Notes: generated by a model not told the origin, from the letters alone. Positions 13,133 through 26,905 are shown, counted from the first letter of the stretch. The stretch is DNA of 64,000 nucleotides from Balanoglossus misakiensis (GCA_040954595.2 CM082597.2:4965244-5029243), one strand, 5' to 3'. A program made the numbers and translations.

Positions 13133-14956
13133 CTAATTATTGATAAAATCTGCTGAGTGATGAATTGTGTTAAGAGTAGAAAATTCCAAAGATCATTCTA
13201 AAATTGACTCGGAAAAAAAGTTTACCCCCTTTAATTATTGACAAAATCTGCTAACTGATTGGGACAATGAACAAAAGAGGTGTGTACTGATCTGAGTGAT
13301 GAATTGTGCTAAGAGTAGAAAAGCCTCAAGGTCATTCCAAAATTGACTCAAAAAGAAAGTTTATCTCCCTAATTATTGATAAAATGCTGACTGGGACAAT
13401 GAATAAACAACAGAGGTATGTACTGATCTGAGTGATGAATTGTGCTAAGAGTAGAAAATTCCCAAGATCATTCCAATATTGACTCAGAAAGAAAGTTTAT
13501 CCCCCCTCCCCCCCCCCCCAATTATTGATAAAATCTGCTAACTGAATGGGACAATGAACAAAAGAGGTGTGTACTGATCTGAGTGATGAATTGTGCTAAG
13601 AGTAGAAAATTCCCAAGATCATTCCAATATTGACTCAGAAAGAAAGTTTATCCCCCCTACCCCCCCCCCCCCCAATTATTGATAAAATCTGCTAACTGAA
13701 TGGGACAATGAACAAAAGAGGTGTGTACTGATCTGAGTGATGAATTGTGCTAAGAGTAGAAAATTCCCAAGATCATTCCAATATTGACTCAGAAAGAAAG
13801 TTTATCCCCCCTCCCCCCCCCCCCAATTATTGATAAAATCTGCTAACTGAATGGGACAATGAATGAAAAATCGTGTCAAGGACACATTGGTCCCATTGAG
13901 GGATTACACAAGAAAAAGTCTAAACCAGAGTACATGGCCATATACAGACAGACACACACACACACATAGCGAGAGATCAATGGGCAAGCACTGACTGACC
14001 CATAAGCTGCCAATGGCATATGTACTGTACATACACTAAATAGAACAGCCAGTTATGTAATCATTCAGGAATTTGTTGTGTAAATATATCACACTGAGGG
14101 GGCTTCCTGCCTAATTAAAACAATTCAATAAAGTAAATACACACCACTTTGCAAAGCAATCTGACCAGTAGTTCTTGAGTTACTGAGTTTTGACCAAATT
14201 CACTATTTTCCAGCTAATTTGCATATTTTTGGCAACGACAACTTACATTGAGAACAAACTCCCATCTACAGCCCAGCCTGCATCTGCACACAATATCAAT
14301 GTGATACACGCATGCAGCAGTTTTCAAGTTTTTGATGTGGACGGACATACAGACATACATCCATCCATACATCCATACATACAGACGCAACCGATCCCAT
14401 AAGGTCCCATGGTATAAACCAATGGAACCCTAAAACAGGTGTGTACTGATCTGAGTGATGAATTGTGCTAAGAGTAGAAAATACCCAAGGTCATTCCAAA
14501 ATTGACTCGGAAGGAAAGTTAATCTCCCCCCCCCCCCCCCCCCCACCAATTATTGATAAAAACTCCTGATTGGGACAATGAATGAACAAAACAGGTCTGT
14601 ACTGATCTGAGTGATGACTTGTGTTAAGAGTAGAAAATTCCCAAGATCATTCCAAAATTAACTCAGAAAGAAAGTTTATCCCCTCCCCCCCCTAATTATT
14701 GATCAAATCTGCTAACTGACTGGGACAATGAAAGAACAAAACAGGTCTGTACTGATCTGAGTGATCTCTTGTGCAAAGCGTAGAAAATTCCCAAGATCAT
14801 TCCAAAATTAACTCAGAAAGAAAGTTTATCCCCTCCCCCCCTAATTATTGATCAAATCTGCTAACTGACTGGGACAATGAAAGAACAAAACAGGTCTGTA
14901 CTGATCTGAGTGATGAATTGTGCTAAGAGTAGAACAGTCTCAAGGTCATTCCAAAA
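13133..14956. repeat. ~150-bp-unit minisatellite (~9 copies) with variable poly-C, split by an insertion
   Basis: Anchor ctgagtgat at 13153, 13292, 13428, 13579, 13733, 14451, 14607, 14757 and 14906; spacing 136-156 bp within each block. Confidence 0.93.
13868..14431. mobile_element. Helentron-associated (HINE/DINE-like) non-autonomous insert within the minisatellite
   Basis: Interrupts a repeat unit at its A-run with no clear TSD. Has a subterminal motif ggtcccattg (13889), a CATA/CATC microsatellite, then a terminal hairpin ggtcccatggt-ata-aaccaatggaacc (14403-14429). Confidence 0.6.
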
Positions 14957-16512
14957 GTACATTGTAGAATGAACGTCTGTTCTCTCAAACCCGGAATACA
15001 CCTCACTGTTGAAAACAACCTCCCCTAAAGTTCGCCATCCTACATGTAAATGTTCAGTACTTTCTTTCGATGTAGAAACGACACAGCGATCTGATCGGAC
15101 GATTATTGCCGAAATTTACACTATATTAGCTCTCAAATTGCAGTAAAGGAAGGCGTTACAAAAGCCAAGGGTGAACGTGTTGCACTGATCTGCGTTAACA
15201 GATCCCGTGAGGAGTACGGTGCCCAGAGTTCAACACTAACACCCTTAAACTCTTGTGGCCTCTTTTCTCACACAGCTATATATAGAACGGTTATCAACAA
15301 ACAACATTCAACGGCCCTGTCTCTAACACGGCGGTCATAACTCGCCAGAAATCACGAGTCTAGACGGAAATATCGGCCCCTCAACGAACTCCTAAGGAAA
15401 ACACGACTTATATCTCGCGATCGCTGAACCGGAGCTGGCTATCCGGTAAGGATAAGGTGGACAAAATTAGGAAAATTTGCAAGGAGCCGAAGCTCAGTCC
15501 TCCTTCCTCGACAGACCCACGCCAACTCTCTGTTCATATACCGCATGGTATGTAGATAGGGCTAAGCACGTGACCCAGAACGCGCTTCTGATTGGTGTAT
15601 AACACGAAATGTATCACTCGCAAAGGGCGTGATGGAAACTTCCCATATACCGGTACATGATCTGAAGCTTGCCAGACGTAAACAAGCACCTAGCAACGGT
15701 CACATGACAACACCAACACGCAATGAAGCCACACAAAAACACCATGCCAAATTAAAACACGCAAGACAGCAATTCCATGACAATACATGTGTACTTTTTT
15801 TCAAGACAAATAGCATGAGCACGCGCATCACTTCTCCTCGGGTTCAAAGCAATTTTTTTAATCAAGTGCACCAAAAGAAACTTATAATTCTATGAGAAAA
15901 TATTTTTGTGTATCTAAGGATAACGAAGAAAGCTAGCGTTATTGAGGTAGGCTTTGAGGTAGCTAGTATAAGGAAATTTGCACATATCTAATTCTTGGAC
16001 GAAATCTTGAAATTTACAAGTTTCTGGTCATCGGATTTTGGTAGACTCTTTACTGTAGCAAATTTGATATTATACATAAACGTTGAAAAAACTTTTGTTT
16101 TGTAGCACTTTGGGGAGTGGGGTCAATCCATATTTTCAGCATATGGAATTTTTATGTACACTTCAAGACCTTCTTGAACAATTCTAGTCTAAGGAAATAT
16201 ATAAATGTCTAATTCCAGGCTTACCAGGAGGAGCTTGAGGTGAAATTTGCCACGAAGCGTAATTCTAAAAGGGGATTTTTTTTTACTTCAGACAGTGAGG
16301 GCGCAATTTGTGGTCGTATTCTGCCTCCGGATCACGCCTGCAGGCAAAATGGCTAATAACCGGCCCTCATAAATGTACTGAGGTAACTGTGCACTGCGGG
16401 CGCTATTTGTCCCTCTTCTCTGACGAAATATATATCACTTACATGCATTTCAAAATATTACCTGTGCAAATAATCGGTAAGACAACACGATAACACGTGA
16501 CGTGAGCTTGTG

Positions 16513-16727
16513 AGATTACTATAAGCAGATGTTGTAATCAAAATTTGATGGAGTGATCAACGAGATATCGTATTAACTGACAGATAGACAGACAGACAGA
16601 CAGGCAGGCAGGCAGATTACTATAAGCAGATGTTGTAATCAAAATTTGATGGAGTGATCAACGAGATATCGTATTAACTGACAGATAGACAGACAGGCAG
16701 GCAGACAGACAGGCAGACAGACAGACA
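16513..16727. repeat. 101-bp tandem duplication ending in a (CAGA/CAGG)n tract
   Basis: agattactataagcagatgttgtaatc... at 16513 and 16614. Confidence 0.9.
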
Positions 16728-17248
16728 TGTTAAAACGTGGACTGAAGTAAAAATTGGTTGTCTTTAAAAGGACGATGTTTTTGTTACTATTTATCCAACT
16801 CCTCCCCAGCCCAAGATCTTGGATTGATCACTAATCCTGCATGCTCAGCGAATAGGGGGATGGGTCGACATTCCACAAATCTTTTAATCACCCCAGCTGG
16901 TGTGCACCACGCCGGTTAACACTGAATCGCCGGCCAGCGCCACTTGATGAAGATATCGACTTTTATCCAACAAGGAGAGCTGCAATAAGTAACGAAAGTA
17001 ACCAGGTAAGCTTTTTGTGTGATTTTTCCCGTGCAACCGATACCTTAATTCTAGAAAAGTAATTTTCCCTTGCCAAATGTTAGACACGTTTCCTTGGCAG
17101 GCTTATTGACACTATAAACATGCGTTTTACCAGTTGTGACCTTACATACCACAACATACTATAACATTGCAGGAGAGTATAGCAAAATAGGCCAGACCAG
17201 ACCAGAACAGAACGGAATATTATATTGAGGCCCGTTGCATCAAGACCA

Positions 17249-20150
17249 ATGGTGTCCAGAAGACCGATACTAGTACTTCCGGTTGTTGTCGGAATGGGTA
17301 TAGCATTATACGCTATAATGGCGGTATGTGCGAATTTCAATCCGAATTCATGACCATGTTCAACGCAGACAGACAGACATGCCGACAGACAGACAGACAG
17401 ACAGACAGAGACAAGAAAGAGAGACATGTAAATAATGAAGGGAAAATATACCGCAAGCTGACTGTTTTCAGGTGAAGCTCTTCCACGTTAAAACATCGTC
17501 GCGCAGGCAAATGCATTGAAACTGAACCATGTTAATTAATGGTATATCGCTGTGAATATTAGGAAATACTGTGAAAAGTCTGGAACTAAAAATAGCCTAA
17601 CTTGGACACAAATGCTGTTTGCAGGGTTATCTACCACATATAACAACAAGCATGGCGCAGCCAACCATATACCATATAATGGAAACTCACAACCATAACC
17701 CTGAGAAACAGTTGCAGAAAATTCCACACATCAGTCATCGCAAACAGCCAGACAGGGACTCTGATGTACTCCATGAAGACCAGAAAGAACAGAACCACGA
17801 TGTACTCTTTCCATACGGCGTTTATAACAATTTTGCTGTGGACTGGACCGGCATTATTGAAGAATATGAATGGTCGTACAAACACCTAAATCGAGATGAC
17901 AGCAAAGAACATGAAAGCTTGACACCTGGCCGCAAGGCATATGGATTAACATTTGCAGAAAATTCTAAGTAAGTATAAACGTGGTGAAAGGGGAACTCCG
18001 TACGTGATATTTTGTATTAGTATGGACAATTATTAATGTGCCCATGTGAGAAAAAAATAAACTTATGGCTTTGTTTTCTTTTTTATTTTAAAAGGGTGTA
18101 TCTGTATGACAAAACGACACGATTTAAGGAGGGTGATTTCATTCATGTTGTCGTGGAAACCATGGATCGGTATGATAATCCACGTCTTAGAGGGGGCGAC
18201 TTTTTGACCGGTATAATGAGAAACCGACAGAGGCAGAAGCATACAGCAGGCAGAGCTGTTGATTATGGCAATGGTACTTACAGCATTTACTTTTACGCCG
18301 GATGGCAAGGAAAGGCTGATATTAATATCAGATTGGCTGTGACACGGGAGGCCATTTTGTATTTGGGCCAGCTGCGGCACAGCGACAGACAAATGCGTTG
18401 GACTGCCCATTTTGGGGATGACAAAATGAAGAAAGTCGAAGTTTCTGAGTGTACAATTGCGAGCGAGGGCGGATGGGAAAATTCGTGCAGTTACACAAAC
18501 ACGTGGTCTCTTGGAAGGACAACGTACATCTGTGAAAAACCGAAGACATTAGGATGCGAAGCTCTTGTCAACAACACCCAAGATATAAGGTCCTTGAATG
18601 AGCGCGCTGAGGGCCTTGCTCAAAACATGAAATATCTGTTCGAAGGGTAAGTACAAATTGATAATAAAAAGTTCTCGAACACTATATCTGATAATGTTAC
18701 AATCTTCACCTTTTGAATATATATTTTATTGTGACTTCTAAGTTCTTAAAACGAGAATACTTCTCAGACACAGAAATTTTAATTTTAATGCAAAAAACTG
18801 ATATATTCAAATATTTCATGAAATGCAGGACAAGCATTAAGGCTGATATTGGCACTGCTATCAAGGTGGACATAAAAGGTATGAGAACATTTAACTTTTG
18901 CTTATTACCTGCCTCGTTCATAGAGGGGGTGTAGTATAGGTGATGTCTGCAGAACGAACATGAAGTGCTATTGACTCACACGAGCGGACATGAAGATAAG
19001 GAAACATGTCTTCTCACACTCTTGGCACGCTGGGAGTGTGAGAACAAATCGATCCCACACGCTCACTGAATCGAAAGCTGTATATGACGCGAGCGCTGAT
19101 TGGTTGACAACGAGTTCTTTTGCTAATGCGCCGCTAAATGTTATCCAATGGCGCGATGTGTATTATAGGGACAGAGACTACAAGAGAGTCATTTATTCAA
19201 TGTTTTTTAACGAATTTGGCTACTATGTGATCGTGTGAGAAATATAATCTCACACACCAAGGATCTGGGATCATATTTCTCACACTCGTCGGGGATATTC
19301 TGTCCCACACTCGCTGCGGGTGAGTGTGGGACAAAACATACCCAACTCGTGTGAGAAAAAGGATCCCAGGTCCTGGGGAGTGTGAGATTGTATTAATCTG
19401 CTCTGATTTCTCACGGCAGGTTCTGGTTCAAAGCTGAATCCCCCATCATGTGGACCCGATCTCCCTGTTTCGATGTCAAGTGGTTACTGGTCAAATAATT
19501 TGACGTTCGTTCCTCTGATGTGCCGAAGCCAGCAGTGGACCAATGAAGAGAGATCCAAGTGTTTCTCAAACAAGCACTTATATATGAGTGGTGATTCCAC
19601 CTTGCATCAACTGCGCTTTTTGTTCAAGGAATCGTTTGTAGGGGGCTCGATTAACTTTACTTGTAGGTATGTAGCACTCAGAGCTGGCTCGCCAGTACAA
19701 AATGTGCACGATATGGTTTTCGAAAGTGACTTCATTGATCGGATAAATACCTCTGATTGCCTTTCGCGCACGGCGGTTGTTGTTTTCAATTCCTGTTTTC
19801 ATTTCGGTTTCTGGTCGGTTAGATCATACCTCGACAGACTTTACCAAATCAAACTTGCAATTGTCAGACTTTTGAAACGTTGCCCGGACTCTATTGTCAT
19901 TATCAAATTAGCTCACCCGCGCGAAAACACCAGCACGGCGCAGCGTATCCATAGCAGCAATTACCGTTTCTATGACATGAATCGGATGGCGCGCCGAGTG
20001 TTTGGTGGGATTGGCGTTCGGTTTCTAGACATCTGGGATATGGTACTTGCCCATCCAAATGACTACGGCGTACATGTGAAGCGAGAAATCATACACGAGA
20101 TTCTGGACCTGATGATCTCCTACGTTTGCCCGGAAATGGTGAAGAAGTGA
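17249..20150 (+). CDS. NXPE family protein (neurexophilin and PC-esterase domain), paralog A, 5 coding exons
   Basis: Exons 17249-17323 (MVSRRPILVLPVVVGMGIALYAIMA anchor), 17625-17968, 18095-18646 (GGDFL..., VDYGNGTYSIYF Ig-like motif), 18829-18878, 19420-20150 (SGYW, GDSTLHQ, FLDIWDM..AHPNDYGVH). All GT-AG with consistent phases. Confidence 0.92.
19000..19395. mobile_element. Hairpin-plus-tail element inserted in the last intron of NXPE-A
   Basis: Imperfect palindrome ~19242-19393 (aatataatctcacac...gtgtgagattgtatt) with a tgattggtt-containing tail; absent from the homologous intron of paralog B (23351-23473). Confidence 0.7.
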
Positions 20151-20181
20151 ACGCTTAATGTTGTCAAGTCAACTATCTTAA

Positions 20182-20592
20182 GGATGTACGTTCAGTAAAT
20201 TGAAAGTATTGTCATTTTTGTAATTGTGGATTTTTGGATTCTCCTTTGTGTGTATAATGGAAATCCGTAATAAAATATAGGGGTCACCGCGCTTGTTTTT
20301 GAAATACACAGCCATGAATTTAGTCGATAATAGAAGAAAACTTCTGACTCAGCATTTTTCACCGATGGTTTGTCTATGGGCAAAATTTTTAACGCAATTT
20401 ATCTATAAAAAAGAGCGCGGTGACCCCTATATTTTATTTGACCAATTCATTTATAATTACTGGACTGAGCTTTGTGTGAAATTTCGTGAAAATGACAATA
20501 GTAGAAGTTTGTTTTCTAGCGATTATCAATGTAATCCTATGGGGAAAAGACGGGTGCGCGCAGTTTCCGGTTTATGTTCTGCGCGTACATCC
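20182..20592 (+). mobile_element. 411-bp TTAA MITE, copy 2, 31 bp after the NXPE-A stop codon
   Basis: TTAA|GGATGTACG...CGTACATCC|TTAA, closely similar to 9879-10289. Confidence 0.9.
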
Positions 20593-21451
20593 TTAAAACG
20601 GACTGTGTGGACATTACTCCCTCACACATCCATCTCGTCGTCTATTAAATGTATTTTAGTTTTCTCAGCATTAGTTAACTGATGTGTTAATTAAATGTTG
20701 TTATAACTAGTAAACCCTTACAAGAGGTGACATATAGCAATAGAACCAATCGGTTAAGTAGAATTGTATATTAAATTGTTGTATCCTAGTACAGCAAATG
20801 TTACTATGAAATATACATTATTGCTATGATTGACTATTTCTCATTCAATGCCTTGTAAGGATTCGACAAATTACATGGATAAAATACAACCAGACGTTAT
20901 ATAATTAACACATACAATAAATCCAAACTCAAATTTATATGATTATGTTGTTGTATGCTCTTTTTCCACAATCGGTTATATTTAAGATAAGTGAATTCTA
21001 TGAAGTATGTGACCAATTAAAAACAATCGGATTTTTGACCTATAATGGTTTACATGGAATGTTAGGATTACAGCTAAATAAATTATACATTCACACGACA
21101 TTGTAAAAGTGGTGAGGAAATACAAACATAAATGAATGTAGTATTCAACAGATGTTGCATATAAAAGTAGGAAACGGGTTAGAGAAATATTTAGTTCTGG
21201 ACACGCTCATTATGATGGGGATTTATGTTTAACCATATCATGCGAATTCAACTTAATGGGTTTGGGAATTGAGTGACATTTTCTGAAAGGGTCCTCTTCT
21301 CTATGAAATGTTAGACTGTTTTCATGAAGGGCGTGTTGTGGCGACCTTGTGGAAAACATCTACAAGACTTAGTAGCTTTCTGTTCAGCTGTCCTTACAAT
21401 TCAATATAGAACACTACAGAAAGGTTGTTGATGTCCACTAACTTAAGACCA

Positions 21452-24216
21452 ATGATGTCTAGAAATCACATACTTCTGATTGTTCTCGGGATTGGAGTAG
21501 GATTATATACGATAGCGGTAAGTGTAAAATTTAAAAGCGAATGATTTACTACTACGCATAAGATATGTTTCCATTTTTCATCAGAGACAGGCACAGAGGG
21601 ACATAGGCATGATGCAGATAGAGTGATGCCAATAAAGAAGGGAAATAGATAATACAACCAATTTGACTGTTTTTTTTCTCAAAAAATCTCTTATTTCCAA
21701 TTTCAATTGAAACTGTATAATATGTTCACGGTACAACACCGCGCAGGCAAATGCATATCCACTGCTCCGTGTTATGATAAAAAGCTGTGAATTATTCTGA
21801 ATGTCTAAAATAATGAATGACCCGCCTGCAAAACATGTATGCCGTCTGTAGGTCTATGTGCCAAAAGTTACAAGAAGTGAGATACAGCCGAACTTACATG
21901 TACATCACATCGTCGAATCACATAATCATAACGCCAAGAGAAAGGATGTTGAAATCTCACATAGCCGCCATGAAGACCAGAAAGAACAGAACCATGATGT
22001 ACTATTTCCATACGGCGCTTATGACAAGTTTGCTATGGAATGGAACGGCATTGTCGAAGAATATGAATGGTCTTACAAACACTTAAATCGAGATGACAGC
22101 AAAGATCATAACAGTTTAACACCTGGGTCAGAAGCATATGGATTAACGTCTGCAGAAAAATCTAAGTAAGTAAAATAGTTGCAAATGACAGGCGCTATAT
22201 AGATAATACTTCGACCATGTAAGAAATGTCTGTTGCGAAGAAGCACAAGCATGACACAGTCTTCTCTCGAATCAATGACTTATTTGACCACTAATGCGAA
22301 CCAATAAGAACCTTAATACAAACCCAATCAAACTATTTACATCTCTAGGTCCAAAACTTTAACTACAGTGAGACAAAACTGCCAAGGTTTTCTCATATTT
22401 GAATGAAGTATTGAAATGCAAAATAAAGTATTGAAATGCAAATCAAGAACGACGGGAGTGGTTATTCTTTTCTCCAATGTCCAGAAACCATATGAAATCC
22501 ACTTCGACCATAAGTATTTGAACAATGTTCAGAAACCGTATAATGATAATCATACGTATGTGTACAACGTCAAGAAACCATAGAAATAATATAATTCTAC
22601 TATATGTATTTTCTTTGTTTTACTTTTGAAAGGGTTTATTTATATGACAAAAGGACGCGCTTCAAGAAGGGTGATTTCATTCATGTTGTCGTGGAAACCA
22701 TGGATCTCTATGGCAATCAACGTCTTAGAGGGGGCGACTTTTTGACTGCTGTAATGAGAAACCAACAGATGCAGAAGCATACAGCAGGCAGAGTTGTTGA
22801 TTACGGCAACGGTACATACAGCATTTACTTTTACGCCGCGTGGCAAGGAAAGGCTGATATTAATGTGAAGTTGGCCGTGACACGGGAGGCCATCTTGTTT
22901 TTGGGCCAGCTGAGGCACAGCGACAGACAAATGCATTGGACTTCACACTTTGCGAATGACAACGAGAAGAAAGTCGAAGTTTCTGAGTGTACAATTACGA
23001 GCGAGGGCGGATGGGAAAATTCGTGCAGTTACACAAACACGTGGTCTCTTGGCAAGACAGCGTTCATCTGTCAAAAACCAAAAACATTAGGATGTGACAC
23101 TCTTGTCAACACGAGCCAAGATATGGGATCCTTAAATGAGCGCGCTGAGGGTCTCGCCCAAGACATGAAATATTTGTTCCAAGGGTAAGTACAAAGTAAA
23201 AAAAAAATACTAATCACTGCTAGAACTTGATTAGGATGATCTGAAGTAAACAGTTCGATTTTAAAGGTAATTAATTTCTACATTTATTTAACAAATTCAG
23301 GAAAAACACTAAGGCTGCCATCGGCACAGCAATCGAAGTGGACATTGAAGGTATGAATATCTTTGTTATATGTAGGCCCTATGTGTGTAGAAGGAACGAC
23401 CTGAAAGTGATATTGACTAAGACAGGTGGTCATGAATATGAGTCATTTCAACTACTCTGATTTCTTATCACAGGTTCAAGTTCAAAGCTGAATCCCCCAT
23501 CATGTGGACCCGATCTCCCTGTTTCAATGTCAAGCGGTTACTGGTCAAATAATTTGACGTTTGTTCCTTTGATGTGCCGAAGCCAGCAGTGGACTCCTGC
23601 AGAGAGATTCAAGTGCTTTTCAAATAAGCACTTTTATTATTATGGTGATTCAACCATGCACCAATTTCGACTTTTGTTCCAGTCCAACTTTATAGGGGGC
23701 TCAGTTCGCAGTACCTTTAAATATGTAGCACTTAGGGTTGGATCCCCGGTGCAAAACCTGCAACAAGTCACTTTCGAAAGTGACTTCATTGATCAGATAA
23801 ATACCACTGATTGCATTTCCCGCACACCGGTTGTTGTTTTCAATGCCTGTTTTCATTTTGGTTTCTGGTCGATTAGATCCTACCTTGACAGACTTCACCA
23901 GATCAAACTGTCGATTCTCAGGCTTTCGAAGCGATGCCCGGACTCTATTGTCGTTTTCAAGTTAGCCCACCCGCGCGAAAACATCAAAACTGCACAGGCC
24001 ATCCATAGTAGCAATTATGCCTTTTATGACATGAATCGGATGGCGCGCCGAGTGTTCGGTGGGATCGGTGTTCGATTTCTAGACATCTGGGATATGGTAG
24101 TTGCCCACCCAGATGACTATTGCGTACATGTGAAGCCGTACATTGTGCATCAGATACTAGACATGATGTTCTCTTACATTTGCCCGGAGATGGTAAAAAA
24201 TGGAAAATCGAGTTAG
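21452..24216 (+). CDS. NXPE family protein, paralog B, 5 coding exons
   Basis: Exons 21452-21517 (MMSRNHILLIVLGIGVGLYTIA), 21852-22165, 22633-23184, 23301-23350, 23474-24216 (GDSTMHQ; AHPDDYCVH). Same exon phases as paralog A. Confidence 0.92.
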
Positions 24217-26905
24217 CAATCAACAACAGGACTGTGTGAACATAAATCCATCCCCTTGTCCAGTGGTGTCTCACGTTACCTTCTATTATTTTATCAGAAT
24301 TTTTCTTAATCTTGTATATTAATTGATCGACTCATTGATTAAACTCATGTGATGGCAAATAAACCTTTACAGCTGGTGACATGTAGAAAGTACAACCAAT
24401 CAGTTAGGTAGACCAGTATACAAGATCTTCCATTTTATGCCACGCGTTTCCTATTGACTCAAAGAACAACTGTATTTATATCATAGATTTGGAGTTAAGA
24501 AAATATAGCCATCTCTGCATTTGTGTTTGTTTATTCAAAGATTTGTTAACATTAATCAATATGTTGGAAATGCACGTTCTGTGATGGGAAAACATGAGTA
24601 ATTTATATTCGGCTAAAAATAATACAATTCAAAGATCATGGCTGTCATATTCAGCCGAAGACAGTACTCATGTTGCATTCTATTCTACATTCAGTTGTTG
24701 TTCTCACATGTACGTACCGGAAATGAAAAAGGTGCTCTAGACAACACCATTACAAATGAACTAAGTCCTTAACATGAAATGGTACAAAGGGGCGATAATT
24801 TAAACTTTAATAAATGTGGAATAACATATGCTTACATATCAAAATAGAGAAACCTTTCTAAGAGTAAAATTATAATATTTTGTTTGTACTATGCACACGG
24901 AAATTTGGGATTTCGACATCTGTCGACCAATACATGTGATATTACTGGGGATTCATGGCATTAAAGGATTTCCATTCTTTATGAGTATGAATACTCGTTT
25001 GATGACATGTGTTGTGGCTGAGCTCTTTCGAAAATCGTCTATACAGCAGATGACGGCCACCATGTGTGTGTTATAAGAAAAAGCGCTTGCAATACGTGCC
25101 CTATATGTAATCCGTTTGCCAGGCAAAAGTTCTGTTTCTGGGCAACGTATATGTGGCAATTTTCAGGACACTGCCTGGATAAGGTAGATGGTACATACAT
25201 TGGTGAAATTGGTGTATTCGTTCGAAGGTGCAGTGACACAATAGTACGGTTAATCCCCTATAATGTTTTGTTGCCATGGGGACTGTTCCTGAGTCATATA
25301 TAGCCTGATACAATCCATGCTTTTGTATAAAACACTGTGAAAAAGATTTAAAAAAAAACATGTTCTCGGAAAATGACGACTAGGATTGAAAATGGGCATT
25401 CATAAAAGTAACATGGTAGATGGTTAAAAGCAGATTGTTGAAGATCGAGTTTTTGAGCGAAGGAAATGCCACAGCCACGGTTAAGTGTTGGCTGTGTTTA
25501 CTATGAGTACGTTTGATCCATTTCCTTATCGTTCAATGGCTTCTCGGTGTCCTACATTTAACTCACACAGGGACGGTTGCCGAGACATTAATTCTCTTTT
25601 GCCCTGAGGCATGAACATGTAATCGGTTATCTTCTCAAGATTAACTGTCTAGACTTAAGGGAGTGATTTTGTGTTCTGATATCCTGGTGTTCCGGGGAGA
25701 CTCCCTGTGTTCATGATGGGAGTTGCTTTTCTAATGACGTCTATCTGTCTGTCTGTCTGTCGTCTGCATGTTTGTCTGCCTGCTTGCCTGTCGGTCAGTC
25801 AACCTGCCAGGAAGTTTGTAGGTGTAGATCTTCTAAACGGCTGATTACATGTGGAAGCTCGATTCTACTTGAAAATTAATAGAGTTTATTCTACGAATGA
25901 TCTTCATAGCTACCCACAATTTGAATAATTAACAAACCAGATGTCAATTCTTTTCTCAACGGATGCATCAGATTCAGTGATTTTTTTCAGAGACATGAAT
26001 AGTATTAAAATGCATCCAAATGACAATGCCAAGTCAATTACTAGTATAGTTGCTCATTTGTGAGCTTTTTGCCATTATCTAAATTCACAATTACCTCCCC
26101 ACTAACATTTATGAAATTAGTCTCTAAATTATATGACAGTAATCATCAGATATTTCACATTACATGTACATATCCATTAATTGCTAATTTACACATTCTT
26201 GGATTAATTTCATCACAGATTGTTAAAACTGATACTAATTTCACAGATCATATTATCCTGGGACATGTTAAATAAGTCGCTTCCTTAGAAGACGTGTTTT
26301 GAACAGTATTTTGAAATTTGTTATCTCATGTACCTTCTTATTTCTGAATTTTATGTCTGCCAAAACCAAGGGAGATTTCTTATCGTTTTAATATGACGAG
26401 ATAAAACTTGAAATAAAATTGCACTTATGTCGGTAACGAGATATATTTTTACTTTATTGACGACTTTATAGCCCAATTAAAGAGACTAATCTTACAGTGG
26501 ATGCGTCACTATCTGTTATATGAGATTCATAAAACCTGATAAAATCCGATTGTTATACATTGATGGATTTGCTATCGCATCATGCCACGCTTGATTTCAG
26601 TCAAACATGTTTAGTATCCACCTCTATATAATGAAAACTTGTCTATCGTGGCCACTTTGTGACAGTCCCTGTCCCATGTAAATGGGTATTAACTGGCCTG
26701 TCTAGTTTCTATAGTAAAATTCTGTCCTCAATAGGTAAATAAATACACATGTACATGTACTCATGTGCAGATACTGTAAAGTGTAAACAACATCTACAGT
26801 GCCAGCGGATGTACCGAGTAAGACGAGCGCCAACATTTAGAAACCGATTAAGCTCATTTCCCTTCCGGTGGGCGCAGAATATCCTGGTTTGTATTCCACC
26901 ATAAT

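Noticed and set aside
13133-14956. Regularly spaced repeats resembling a CRISPR array
   Set aside because: Whole units repeat with no unique spacers, there are no cas genes, and the context is eukaryotic.
11260-15040. Candidate first coding exons of Gal3ST (~15007-15038, ~12180-12199, ~11260-11288)
   Set aside because: No chain from an ATG through strong donors joins the phase-1 acceptor at 10667; left unresolved.
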